DNA from: Candidatus Limnocylindrus sp.
GTDB taxonomy: Bacteria; Chloroflexota; Limnocylindria; Limnocylindrales; Limnocylindraceae
Assembly: GCA_040397175.1 (NCBI GenBank)
Contig: JBBAWM010000001.1
Coordinates: 249,976-313,975, forward strand
Length of the DNA: 64,000 bases
Direction of reading: 5' to 3'
Shown here one piece after another: positions 48,646 to 57,963 of the stretch; position 1 is the stretch's first letter, and every line of letters begins with the position of its first letter. A model generated the notes under the pieces. That model saw nothing but the letters and a program-made list of their open reading frames with translations, was not told the origin of the DNA and did not search any database. The position numbers and the translations under genes are program-made.

Positions 48646-51333
48646 GTGAAGACCTTCGACTTCCTCGAGCAGATCCCCGACGCCGACCCAACGGAGACGG
48701 CGCGCCTTATCGGCGAGATTGAGCGCTCGATCGCCGCCCACGGCCCTGAGCGCGCCAAGCTCCTACTGATGCGCCTCTTGGCGCGGGCGCGCGACCTTGG
48801 TGTGGAACTCCCCACCCTGGCGACCACGCCGTACATCAACACCATCAAGACGAGTGATGAGCCCACCTTCCCAGGTGACGAGGCGATGGAGACGCGCATT
48901 CGCCATATCGTTCGCTGGAACGCCGCCGCAATGGTGCTGCGCGCGAACAAGACGCACCCCGGCATCGGGGGACACCTCGCCACCTACGCCAGCGCCGCCA
49001 GCCTCTATGAGGTCGGCTTCAACCACTTCTTCCGCGGAAAGCAGGGTGGCGCCGGTGACCAGATCTTCTATCAGGGACATAACGCGCCAGGTATCTATGC
49101 GCGCGCCTATCTCGAAGGGCGCATCAACGCACCGCAACTCGATCGCTATCGACAAGAGACGGCCGGACACGGCGGCCTGCCGTCGTATCCGCATGCGCGC
49201 CTCTTGCCGGACTTCTGGGAGTTCCCAACCGTTTCGATGGGCCTCGGCGGCATTGGATCCATCTATCAAGCCCGCTATAACCGCTACCTCCACAACCGCA
49301 GCCTCACCGACACCTCGGGGAGCCGCGTCTGGGCGTTCTTGGGTGATGGTGAGATGGATGAGCCGGAGTCCGCTGGCGCGCTGACACTTGCTGCGCGCGA
49401 AGGGCTCGACAACCTGACCTGGGTGGTGAACTGCAACCTGCAGCGACTCGATGGACCAGTGCGCGGCAACGGCAAGATTATCCAGGAGCTTGAGGGGCTC
49501 TTCCGCGGCGCCGGCTGGAACGTGATCAAGGTGATCTGGAGTCGCGAGTGGGACGAACTCCTCGCCAACGATGCGGGCGGGCACCTCGTACGCAAGATGG
49601 ACTCAACCGTTGACGGCGAATTCCAGAAGTACATCGTTGCCGGAGGCGCCTACATTCGCGAGCACTTCTTTGGCCCCGAGCCAGAGCTTGGCGCGCTGGT
49701 GAAGCACCTTTCGGATGACGATCTCGCGCACCTCCGACGTGGCGGTCATGACTACCGCAAGATCCACGCCGCCTACGCCTCAGCCGTGGCGCACAAGGGT
49801 GCCCCCACCGTGATCCTGGCAAAAACGGTGAAGGGCTACTCACTCGGGCCATCTGTTGAGGCAACGAATGTCACCCACCAGGCCAAGAAGCTCTCCGAAG
49901 CGGAGCTCTTTGCCTTCCGTGATCGACTCGGCCTACCGATCCCAGACGAGAAGATTCCTGAGGCCCCGTACTACCACCCTGGCCCGAACAGCCCAGAGGT
50001 GAAGTACATCAACGAGCGGCGCGCCGCACTTGGCGGCCCACTCCCGTCTCGTGTGGTTCACCCGGTGAACTGGAGTGCGCCAGAGGCGGCGGTCGACGCC
50101 GAGTTCGCTGCGGGTAGCAGCGTGCCGGTCAGTACCACCATGGCGTTCGCCAAGCTGCTGCGAAACATGTTGCGCGATCCGAACGTTGGCCAGCAGATCG
50201 TGCCGATTGTTCCGGACGAGGCGCGTACCTTCGGCATGGACCCACTCTTTAAGCAGAGCGGCATCTATGCGCCGTTCGGTCAGCGCTATGAGCCGGTCGA
50301 CTCCGAGTTGCTGTTGAGCTATCGCGAATCACAGAGTGGCCAGTTCCTCGAAGAGGGGATCACCGAGGCGGGCTCCATGGCCTCGTTCCAGGCGGCCTCC
50401 ACCGCCTATGCAACGCACGGCGTGCCGACGATCCCGTTCTACGTCTTCTACTCAATGTTCGGCTTCCAACGCGTCGGTGATCAGATCTGGCAGGTCGGCG
50501 ATGCGCGCGGCCGCGGCTTCTTGATTGGCGCCACTGCTGGCCGTACGACACTCGCCGGCGAGGGGCTGCAGCACGACGATGGCCACTCGCAGTTGATCGC
50601 GCATCTGCATCCGCATGTGGCGGCGTACGACCCGTCGTTCGCCTATGAGATGGCGGCACTGATTCGACGCGGCATGGATCGCATGCACGGTGGCCGTGAG
50701 GACATCCTCTACTACCTCACGATCTACAACGAGAACCAGGCGCAGCCGGCGCGTCCGGAGGGGGCGCACGTCGATGAGGGGATCCATCGGGGCCTTTATC
50801 GATTCGCCGAAGCGGATGCAAATAGCAGCGGGCCAATCGTTCGACTCTTCGGCTCGGGCGCGATCATGGGCGAGGTCCTTGCCGCGCGTGATCTACTGCG
50901 CGAACGGTTCGGCGTGCGGGCCGAAATCTGGTCGGCCACCTCGTATTCAGAGCTGCGTCGCGAAGCCCTCGTGGTGGAGCGCTGGAATCGTCGTCACCCT
51001 GAGAGCGCGCCTCGCACCTCGTGGCTGCAGGATCAGCTCGGCAGTGGCGGCGCGCCAATCGTTGCCGCCAGCGACTGGGTGACGGCGCTGCCGGACCTCC
51101 TCGCCCCGTGGATTGATGTGCCGTATCTTGTGCTCGGTACCGACGGGTTCGGCTTGAGCGATACGCGCGAGGCGCTCCGCGACTTCTTCTCTGTCGACGC
51201 GAAACACATCACCGCTGCAGCCATGGTGGCCCTGGCGCGTGGTGGCGAGCGCACGCCGGCCGAGGCGGCCACCGCGATCAAGGAGCTGGGCATCGATCCT
51301 GATCGCCTCCCCGTCTTCGTTCTCGACCGCTAA
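48646..51333 (+). CDS. aceE: Pyruvate dehydrogenase E1, homodimeric type
   Basis: TPYINT, FPTVSMGLG, GDGEMDEPES, NLQRLDGPVRGNGK, PDEARTFGM, YSMFGFQR and LGTDGFG. GTG start at 48646. Confidence 0.96.
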   Translation: MKTFDFLEQIPDADPTETARLIGEIERSIAAHGPERAKLLLMRLLARARDLGVELPTLATTPYINTIKTSDEPTFPGDEAMETRIRHIVRWNAAAMVLRANKTHPGIGGHLATYASAASLYEVGFNHFFRGKQGGAGDQIFYQGHNAPGIYARAYLEGRINAPQLDRYRQETAGHGGLPSYPHARLLPDFWEFPTVSMGLGGIGSIYQARYNRYLHNRSLTDTSGSRVWAFLGDGEMDEPESAGALTLAAREGLDNLTWVVNCNLQRLDGPVRGNGKIIQELEGLFRGAGWNVIKVIWSREWDELLANDAGGHLVRKMDSTVDGEFQKYIVAGGAYIREHFFGPEPELGALVKHLSDDDLAHLRRGGHDYRKIHAAYASAVAHKGAPTVILAKTVKGYSLGPSVEATNVTHQAKKLSEAELFAFRDRLGLPIPDEKIPEAPYYHPGPNSPEVKYINERRAALGGPLPSRVVHPVNWSAPEAAVDAEFAAGSSVPVSTTMAFAKLLRNMLRDPNVGQQIVPIVPDEARTFGMDPLFKQSGIYAPFGQRYEPVDSELLLSYRESQSGQFLEEGITEAGSMASFQAASTAYATHGVPTIPFYVFYSMFGFQRVGDQIWQVGDARGRGFLIGATAGRTTLAGEGLQHDDGHSQLIAHLHPHVAAYDPSFAYEMAALIRRGMDRMHGGREDILYYLTIYNENQAQPARPEGAHVDEGIHRGLYRFAEADANSSGPIVRLFGSGAIMGEVLAARDLLRERFGVRAEIWSATSYSELRREALVVERWNRRHPESAPRTSWLQDQLGSGGAPIVAASDWVTALPDLLAPWIDVPYLVLGTDGFGLSDTREALRDFFSVDAKHITAAAMVALARGGERTPAEAATAIKELGIDPDRLPVFVLDR

Positions 51334-51344
51334 ACCGCGACGAA

Positions 51345-51361
51345 AGACAAGGCTGCTTGTC
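51345..51361 (+). terminator. Short hairpin after aceE (weak terminator candidate)
   Basis: GACAAG-GCTG-CTTGTC stem-loop with no U-tract. Confidence 0.25.
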
Positions 51362-51378
51362 GCATTAGACAGGTGCGG

Positions 51379-51408
51379 TTGACACTTTTCACTACGGGAT
51401 GGCACCAT
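51379..51408 (+). promoter_or_regulatory. Sigma70-like promoter for the iron permease
   Basis: TTGACA (51379-84), 18 nt spacer, TG-g-CACCAT (51403-08). Confidence 0.5.
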
Positions 51409-51449
51409 TTCCCTCAAGCGATCGCAACATCTGCGAGAGGGGGAATTGA

Positions 51450-52307
51450 GTGGAGAGCATCTTCGCCTGGGGCTTCGGGGGGCTACTCACCGGACTTCGT
51501 GAGGGAGTCGAAGCCGCACTCATTGTTGGCATCATTGCGAGCTATCTCGTAAAGATCGGTCGCGCCGATCGACTTGCCAGCGTGTGGCTCGGCGTTATCA
51601 CCGCAATCGTTGCCTCTGCCGTCATCGGCGTCGTGGCATTTGTCGCCCTTGGGAGCCTGGAGGGAACTGCCGAACAGATCATCGCCGGCACCACCTCGCT
51701 CCTTGCTGTGGTGATCCTCACCTACATGCTCTTCTGGATGCGCAAGCAGGCCGTCTCACTTGGCGCAGATCTGCGCAAGGGTGTCGATCGTGCCGTTGCA
51801 TCAACCTCCGTTCTGGGCCTTGCACTGCTTGCCTTCACCGCGGTGATCCGTGAAGGGATTGAGTCGGGGCTCTTCCTACTCGGCCAGACGACCGCTGCGG
51901 CGGGTGAAGGACTCTCCGTGGTCTTTGGTGCCGTACTCGGCCTACTGATTGCTGCGGGTATCGGCGTGCTGATCTTCCGTGTCGGGTTGCGACTCAACCT
52001 CAGCGCCTTCTTCAACGTGACGGGCGCCGCTCTCGTAGTAATTGCATCTGGACTTCTCTCGTACGGCGTACACGAGTTCATTGAGGTTGGCCTGCTGCCA
52101 GGGTTGATCACACCGCTCTATGACATCTCTGCGGTGCTTCCGCACACAGAGGGGATTGGTCAGTTCCTGCGCGCCATCTTCGGATACAGCGCCACCCCTG
52201 AACTCACGACGCTACTGGCGCAGGGGGCGTATCTGCTCTTTGGCCTCTTCTTCTACGTTCGACCCGTGCGGCGCGCCGCCGCAAACCGCGCCGCCGCTAC
52301 AGCCTGA
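51450..52307 (+). CDS. FTR1/EfeU-family iron permease
   Basis: Two RExxE motifs (LREGVEA, IREGIES) and multiple TMs. Confidence 0.9.
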   Translation: MESIFAWGFGGLLTGLREGVEAALIVGIIASYLVKIGRADRLASVWLGVITAIVASAVIGVVAFVALGSLEGTAEQIIAGTTSLLAVVILTYMLFWMRKQAVSLGADLRKGVDRAVASTSVLGLALLAFTAVIREGIESGLFLLGQTTAAAGEGLSVVFGAVLGLLIAAGIGVLIFRVGLRLNLSAFFNVTGAALVVIASGLLSYGVHEFIEVGLLPGLITPLYDISAVLPHTEGIGQFLRAIFGYSATPELTTLLAQGAYLLFGLFFYVRPVRRAAANRAAATA

Positions 52308-52343
52308 CTGGCGCGCGCAAGCCCGGCGCGCGATGATGCACTG

Positions 52344-53093
52344 ATGCCGATACTTCTCGTTGACGGGCTCTCCCACTCGTATGGCAAGCGTCAGGTGCTG
52401 CGCAGCATTTCGCTGGAGATTGGCGCGGGCGAGTCGGTCGCACTCCTTGGCCCAAACGGCTCCGGGAAGTCGACGCTGTTGCGACTCGTTGCGGGACTCC
52501 TCACGCCGACGGCTGGCCACGTTGCACTCGCTGGGAGCGCGGCCGCCGCTGGCCGTCCAGAGGTTGGCATTCTCTTCCAAGAGTCACGACTCCTGCCGTG
52601 GCGTACGGTGCTGCGCAATGTGACCCTACCGCTCGAGTTGGCGGGCGAATCGCTGCCACGCGCTCGGACGACTGCGGAGACAGCGCTCAAGAGCGTTGGT
52701 GCTGGGCAGCTGCTGGAGCGGAACCCGACTGAGATCTCGGGTGGCGAGCGCGGTCGCGTTGCCCTCGCTCGTGCGTTGGTACGAAAGCCTGCGCTCCTGC
52801 TTCTCGATGAACCGTTCGCCGCGCTCGATGCCATCACGCGGGCACGGCTCGACGACGAGCTTCCGGAGTTGGTTGCAGGTGCGGCGACGCTGCTTGTCAC
52901 CCACGACGTCGCGGAGGCGCTGCTCGTTGCCGACCGGGTACTGATGCTTGGCGCGGACGGTGCCATTCATCTCGAGGTTCCAGGCTTGCGTGGCCTGCCG
53001 TCGGCTGGGCGCCGCGCCGCACTCCTCTCGCCAGATGGTGCTGCGCGACAGACGCGCCTCTACGAGGCCCTTGATGCGGTGTCGCATGCGTAG
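52344..53093 (+). CDS. ABC transporter ATP-binding protein (SsuB/TauB-like)
   Basis: GPNGSGKST, FQESRLLPWRTV, ISGGE and LLDEPFAALD. Confidence 0.9.
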   Translation: MPILLVDGLSHSYGKRQVLRSISLEIGAGESVALLGPNGSGKSTLLRLVAGLLTPTAGHVALAGSAAAAGRPEVGILFQESRLLPWRTVLRNVTLPLELAGESLPRARTTAETALKSVGAGQLLERNPTEISGGERGRVALARALVRKPALLLLDEPFAALDAITRARLDDELPELVAGAATLLVTHDVAEALLVADRVLMLGADGAIHLEVPGLRGLPSAGRRAALLSPDGAARQTRLYEALDAVSHA

Positions 53094-53838
53094 GCTGACT
53101 CAACTCACCCCCGTCGCCGTAGCCGCACTCCTCCTTGCCGCGTGGGAGCTCGGCGTTCGCGCTGCGTCGGTGCCGCAATTCGTGCTCCCTGCACCATCGA
53201 CGATTGCCGTGCGATTCGCTGAGGCCTGGGCCGACGGCACCATGCTTCGCCACCTTGTGCCTACGGTGACCGAGGTCACGGTTGGCGGCCTGCTCGGCGG
53301 GGCGCTCGGCCTCTTGATCGGAGTCACGCTTGGCCTCTCGGGCGCCGCTCGTCGCGTGGTCAGCCCGTACCTCGTTGCGGCGCAGTCCACGCCAATCCTG
53401 GCGCTCGGTCCGGTGCTCGTGTTGTGGCTTGGGCCAGGGCTCGCGGCAAAGGTTGCCGTCTGCGCGCTGATCGCCCTCTTCCCCGTCGCAATCTCAACGC
53501 TGGTTGCCGTGCGCGATGTCGATGCCGGAACCCTGGAACTCATGCGCTCACTCGGCGCAACGCGCTGGCAGAGCCTCCGCTATGCGCGCCTCCCCGCGGC
53601 ACGTGGCGGCATCCTCGCTGGGGCACGCGTCGCTGCAACCCTGGCAGTTGTCGGGGCAATCGTTGGCGAGTGGCTTGGTGGCAGCGCTGGCCTCGGCGTG
53701 CTCCTCAACCTTGCGCGCGGTTCACTCTTCGACACGCCACTTCTCTTTGCCGATCTGTTACAGATCGCCATCGTTGGCGTGAGCGCGTATGGGCTCGTAC
53801 TTTTTGTTGAGCGGGTAACATCACGGAAGACCGCCTGA
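53086..53838 (+). CDS. ABC transporter permease (SsuC/ThiX/RibX-like)
   Basis: LPAPS, QSTPILALGP, MRSLGATRWQ and AIVGEW..GLG. Confidence 0.88.
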   Translation: MRRLTQLTPVAVAALLLAAWELGVRAASVPQFVLPAPSTIAVRFAEAWADGTMLRHLVPTVTEVTVGGLLGGALGLLIGVTLGLSGAARRVVSPYLVAAQSTPILALGPVLVLWLGPGLAAKVAVCALIALFPVAISTLVAVRDVDAGTLELMRSLGATRWQSLRYARLPAARGGILAGARVAATLAVVGAIVGEWLGGSAGLGVLLNLARGSLFDTPLLFADLLQIAIVGVSAYGLVLFVERVTSRKTA

Positions 53839-53866
53839 CGCGGTCCTAAACTGAAGGGGGGGATGC

Positions 53867-54877
53867 ATGAAGCGAATTTTGGTTGTACTCCTTGGCTCGA
53901 TTGCGCTACTGGCCTCTGGCTGCACGGCGAGTGCATCACCATCGGCCTCAGCCGCACCGGTGAAGCTCACCGTTGGCCTCGGCTACATCCCCGGAGTGCA
54001 GTTCGCTCCCTTCTACCTGGCAGAGCAGAGCGGAGCCTATGCCGCCGCTGGCCTTGATGTCACGATTCAGAATCAGATTGATCCCGACCTCATTAGCCTT
54101 GTTGGGAGCGGTGCGCTCGATCTCGCCCTCGCCGATGGCACCAGCATGATCCCCGCCGTTTCGCAGGGGATTCCGGTGCGCTACATCACCACGATCTACG
54201 GAGTTCTGCCGAATGTCGTGATCGCGCGAACCGACGCGGGGATCATGAGCCCAGCCGATCTGAAGGGGAAGCGCGTTGGCACACCCGGACAATATGGATC
54301 GGGTTACCTGACCCTCCTCGGCATCCTTGGCGAAGCGTCGCTTGCCATTGGCGACGTATCGCTCGACCTGTATCCAGATTATGGACAGACGCAGGCGCTG
54401 ATCACCGGTGCCGCCGACGCCACCACTGGGTACGCCAACAATGACCTCGTGCAGGCAAGAGCGGCGGGCATTGACGTTGAGGTCTTCTACGCCTCGGCTG
54501 CCGCACCATTCGCGGGTCCTGGACTGATCTCTTCACCGGACACGATCGCGAGCAAGCGCGACGCGATTCGTGCATTCATTGCAGCGACCCTCGAGGCGAT
54601 GCGACAGATCGCGGCAAATCCCGACCTCGGTGTCGACGCCGCAGCGAAAGTAGTCCCGGAGGTTGCCGCGACTGCTGCAGCGCGCGTGAACTCACTCGCC
54701 GTCATGAAGGCGACCGTCGAAGTGTGGGCAGGCCCACTGCAACAGAGCGCGGGCTACGGAGCGATCAGCGTTGAAGGCTGGGAGACATCGATCAGTTTCA
54801 TGCGGTCGGTTCCGGGGCAGCAGGTACTCGACGGACTGAAGGCGAGCGATATCGTCGACGAGTCGCTACTCCCGTAG
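53867..54877 (+). CDS. ABC substrate-binding lipoprotein, NMT1/THI5 family (RibY/ThiY-like)
   Basis: Lipobox LASGC, LGYIPGVQFAPFY, DLKGKRVGTPG.YGS and GYANND. Confidence 0.85.
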   Translation: MKRILVVLLGSIALLASGCTASASPSASAAPVKLTVGLGYIPGVQFAPFYLAEQSGAYAAAGLDVTIQNQIDPDLISLVGSGALDLALADGTSMIPAVSQGIPVRYITTIYGVLPNVVIARTDAGIMSPADLKGKRVGTPGQYGSGYLTLLGILGEASLAIGDVSLDLYPDYGQTQALITGAADATTGYANNDLVQARAAGIDVEVFYASAAAPFAGPGLISSPDTIASKRDAIRAFIAATLEAMRQIAANPDLGVDAAAKVVPEVAATAAARVNSLAVMKATVEVWAGPLQQSAGYGAISVEGWETSISFMRSVPGQQVLDGLKASDIVDESLLP

Positions 54878-54888
54878 CCTGAACGCCC

Positions 54889-55659
54889 CTAAACGAGCGG
54901 CCACGGGAGTGGCGGCCAGTCGGGGCTTGGCTCGGGGAAGCAGCCAGTCGCAGCGAGGTCGTTGAGGCGCGCCACCAGCGCGTCGATCTCGTCGCCATCG
55001 AGGAGTGGCGAGAGTTGCGCTCGCAGCGCTCCGTTTTCGGTCAGCCCGTGAACGCCGCGCAAAATGATTGCCTTCTCCTCTTCCGTGAACGGTGTGCTGC
55101 GCCACGCCCAGAGGACCGTGCGCAACTTCGGCTCAATGGCGAAGGTGACGCCGTGGTCCACGCCAAGGATGCGCCCGTCAGGGAGGGGGAGGATGTGCCC
55201 ACCCTTTCGATCGCCGTTGTTGACGATCGCGTCGAAGAGGGCGAGTCGGCGAAGACCCTCGTCTGAGGCGTTGACGAGGTCGATCGCGCGCTGCACCCCC
55301 TCATGGTCTATCCAAAGCTGCACGGCGCCTTCGCCTGCTGGCCCGTCGCGCAGAATCGTGGGCGGGACCACGCTGAGGCCGAGCGCCTCACTAACGAGAT
55401 ACGCCGCGGTTTCGCGCGCGGCGAGGCTCCCCTCGGGGAAGTCCCAGAGCGGCAGCTCGCCGCGGATCGGCTTGTAAATCACCTGCAGTCCGCCCTCGAT
55501 CTCGCAGAGGAAGCTCGCGTTGCTCGCCTCGGCGATACGCCCGATCGGCTCGAGCTCGGGGGAGCGGCGCATTAGGCGTAGGGCTTCTTCAATCTCCGTT
55601 GCACCTGTGGCGGTTGGGAGCGGTCCGTGCCAGTCCGGTGTCGCCGTCGCGTCCGTCAC
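54889..55659 (-). CDS. SCO1664-family putative kinase (PI3/4-kinase-like fold)
   Basis: ASNASFL, YKPIRGELPLWDFPEG, REtAAY, NNGDRKGGH, DHG and KLRTVLW. GTG start at 55659. Confidence 0.85.
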   Translation of the reverse strand: MTDATATPDWHGPLPTATGATEIEEALRLMRRSPELEPIGRIAEASNASFLCEIEGGLQVIYKPIRGELPLWDFPEGSLAARETAAYLVSEALGLSVVPPTILRDGPAGEGAVQLWIDHEGVQRAIDLVNASDEGLRRLALFDAIVNNGDRKGGHILPLPDGRILGVDHGVTFAIEPKLRTVLWAWRSTPFTEEEKAIILRGVHGLTENGALRAQLSPLLDGDEIDALVARLNDLAATGCFPEPSPDWPPLPWPLV

Positions 55660-55660
55660 C

Positions 55661-56218
55661 TCAGTTGAGGAGCGCGGCCTTGCGTGCGCAGCGATGCCCG
55701 CGCGGGTCGAGTGGCACGCCGCAGTTTGGGCAGATCGGTCGACCGGCGGCGGCGAGCTGCAGCGCGTTCTCGGCGAACTCGAGCGCCGAGGCGACGCTGA
55801 GCGACACGCGCAAGACATCGGGACCGTCTGGCGCATCGTTGATCGGTGGTGGAGCGGCGGCATCTTCCACGCTCATGTCGTCGCGGAACTCGAGGATGAG
55901 TCGGGTGAGGAGTGGATCCCAGGCAAGGGCGATGGTGCCGACGCGGAACTCAGCGGTGAACGGTTCAGCAAGCGCGGGAAGCTTGCGCGGGAGCGGGAGC
56001 GACGCGCTGGGGAGCTGGACGCTGCCTCCCTCGCTCAGATCCTTCAGCATCTCGACGATCCGACGCGCAAGAACGGCGATCTGGCTCTTCTCAACGACAA
56101 CGGTGGCGGCGATACCCCCGCCGATTGATTGCAGATGAAAGATGCGCTGCCCAGGCTCGCCGATGGCGCCAGCGATGAACTGGTCAGGCGGATCGAAGCG
56201 AATGATCCGCCGCGCCAT
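55661..56218 (-). CDS. DUF3090-family protein
   Basis: AIGEPGQRIFHLQ, EKSQ, EFRVG and C-terminal AGRPICPNCGVPLDPRGHRC. Confidence 0.85.
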   Translation of the reverse strand: MARRIIRFDPPDQFIAGAIGEPGQRIFHLQSIGGGIAATVVVEKSQIAVLARRIVEMLKDLSEGGSVQLPSASLPLPRKLPALAEPFTAEFRVGTIALAWDPLLTRLILEFRDDMSVEDAAAPPPINDAPDGPDVLRVSLSVASALEFAENALQLAAAGRPICPNCGVPLDPRGHRCARKAALLN

Positions 56219-56901
56219 TAGTTGTCGCCGCGCAGTCGTCGAAGGAGTGAAGGCTTGGCTGCCTTTTCTACGAGGCCGGCGGCTGCACCTTCAGCGGACA
56301 GGTTGACGCGCACAACCGTTGGGCGCTCACCGCTGTAGCGAATGACGGTGATGCTCGCTGGGTCGATTGCTATGCGCTGGAAGAGGTCGAGTGGGGTGCC
56401 GAGCGCGTCGGCAACGATCGCCTTGATGATGTCGCCGTGGCTGGCGCAGAGCCAGGTTTCGTCATCGCTGAACCGCGCATCGATCTCGCGAATCGCCTCT
56501 ACCGCGCGCGCGGAGGCGGCACGGAGTGATTCGCCATTGGGAAAGAGCATCGCCGATGGTTGGCGCTGCACCGTGCTCCAGAGTGGGTCTTTCATGAGTT
56601 TGCGTAGCTCTTTGCCCGACCAGTCTCCGTACTCCACCTCGGTGAGACGCTCGTCGACCACGATGTCGGGGCGCGACTTCACACTGGGGCCACGCATGGA
56701 GCGCACCGCCTCTGCGGTCTCAAGGCAGCGCTGCATTGGCGATGAGGCGATCCCAACAATCTGGACGGCGCTGAGCGCCTCGGCGAGCGCCGCCGCCTCC
56801 TTGCGCCCGGCTGGGCTGAGCGGGATCCCCTTGATGCGACCACTCAGCTTGATGCCGGTCTCGGCGGTGCGCGCGTGACGAACGAGAATCAGTCGTGCCA
56901 T
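56218..56901 (-). CDS. MSMEG_4193-family histidine phosphatase / putative phosphomutase
   Basis: LVRHART, SSPMQRCLET, EVEYGDWSG, FPNGES, SHGDIIK and LDLFQRI. Confidence 0.87.
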   Translation of the reverse strand: MARLILVRHARTAETGIKLSGRIKGIPLSPAGRKEAAALAEALSAVQIVGIASSPMQRCLETAEAVRSMRGPSVKSRPDIVVDERLTEVEYGDWSGKELRKLMKDPLWSTVQRQPSAMLFPNGESLRAASARAVEAIREIDARFSDDETWLCASHGDIIKAIVADALGTPLDLFQRIAIDPASITVIRYSGERPTVVRVNLSAEGAAAGLVEKAAKPSLLRRLRGDN

Positions 56902-56904
56902 CGG

Positions 56905-57963
56905 TCAGTCGAAGTGCTGGAAGAGTGGTGGGTAGCTGAGGTCAATGGAGCGGTTCTTGCCGCCGACCTCGGTGAGTGGTACCTCAACGATTGCGCCGCC
57001 CTTCAGTGCAACCATCACACCGAAGCGGCCAGCCTCCAGAGCCTCGATTGCAGCAACCCCATACCGTGTGCCGAGCACGCGGTCGGCGGCGGTTGGTGCG
57101 CCGCCGCGCTGCAGGTGTCCCAGACGAGTGCAGCGCACCTCGAGCCCGCTGCGCACTTCAAGGATCGTGGCGAGCGCATCGCCAACGGCAACCTTGTCAA
57201 GTCGCGGATGCCCGAACTCGTCGAGCGGCACCGACGTCGTTGATGAGCCTGCAGCCGGGAGCTTCACCCCCTCGGAGACAACGATGATCGAACTTCCATC
57301 GCCGATTGCGCGGCGCGCCTTCAGCTTGGCGACGAGTTCGTCGAGTGCCTCGGCGGTGAACTCCACCTCGGGGATGAGGATCGCATGCGCGCCACCGCCG
57401 AGCCCGCCCCATGCAGCGACCCACCCCGCGTCGCGCCCCATCACTTCGACAACGGCAACTCGGTGATGTGATGCCGTGGTGGTGGCAATGCGGTCGAGCG
57501 CCTCGGTGACGATATTCGCTGCGGTGTCAAAGCCGAGGCAGCCTTCGGTCCCCCAAACATCGTTGTCCATTGTCTTCGGAATTGCATTGACCGCCGCGCC
57601 GCGCTTCGCGAGACCTGCCGCAACGGAGAGGGTGTCGTCGCCACCGATGGCGATGAGGGCATCAAGTCCGAGCGCGCGGATGTTCGCCTCGGCGGCATCG
57701 AGGCCACCCTCGCGCTTCAGGAGATTCGTGCGGCTTGAGCCGAGCATCGTGCCCCCTTGCGCCTGGATGCCGTGCACGGCGGCGCGATCGAGCGGGCGGG
57801 TGAGTGGCGCACCGACCGCTGCGAGCCCCTTCCAGCCGTCGAGGACACCAACCACTTCGTGGCCGCCCGCCGTTGCACGGTGCACCACGGCGCGAATCGC
57901 CGGATTCAACCCTGGGCAGTCTCCGCCGCCGGTCAACACGCCAATCTTCATCTTGCTGCTCAT
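56905..57963 (-). CDS. pfkA: 6-phosphofructokinase, PfkA family (probable PPi-dependent)
   Basis: TGGGDCPGLN, GGDDT, PKTMDND, EVMGR and LGHLQRGG. Confidence 0.92.
   Translation of the reverse strand: MSSKMKIGVLTGGGDCPGLNPAIRAVVHRATAGGHEVVGVLDGWKGLAAVGAPLTRPLDRAAVHGIQAQGGTMLGSSRTNLLKREGGLDAAEANIRALGLDALIAIGGDDTLSVAAGLAKRGAAVNAIPKTMDNDVWGTEGCLGFDTAANIVTEALDRIATTTASHHRVAVVEVMGRDAGWVAAWGGLGGGAHAILIPEVEFTAEALDELVAKLKARRAIGDGSSIIVVSEGVKLPAAGSSTTSVPLDEFGHPRLDKVAVGDALATILEVRSGLEVRCTRLGHLQRGGAPTAADRVLGTRYGVAAIEALEAGRFGVMVALKGGAIVEVPLTEVGGKNRSIDLSYPPLFQHFD

Noticed and set aside
52308-52343. FMN or TPP riboswitch ahead of the NMT1-family ABC operon
   Set aside because: The gap is 36 nt with no aptamer consensus.
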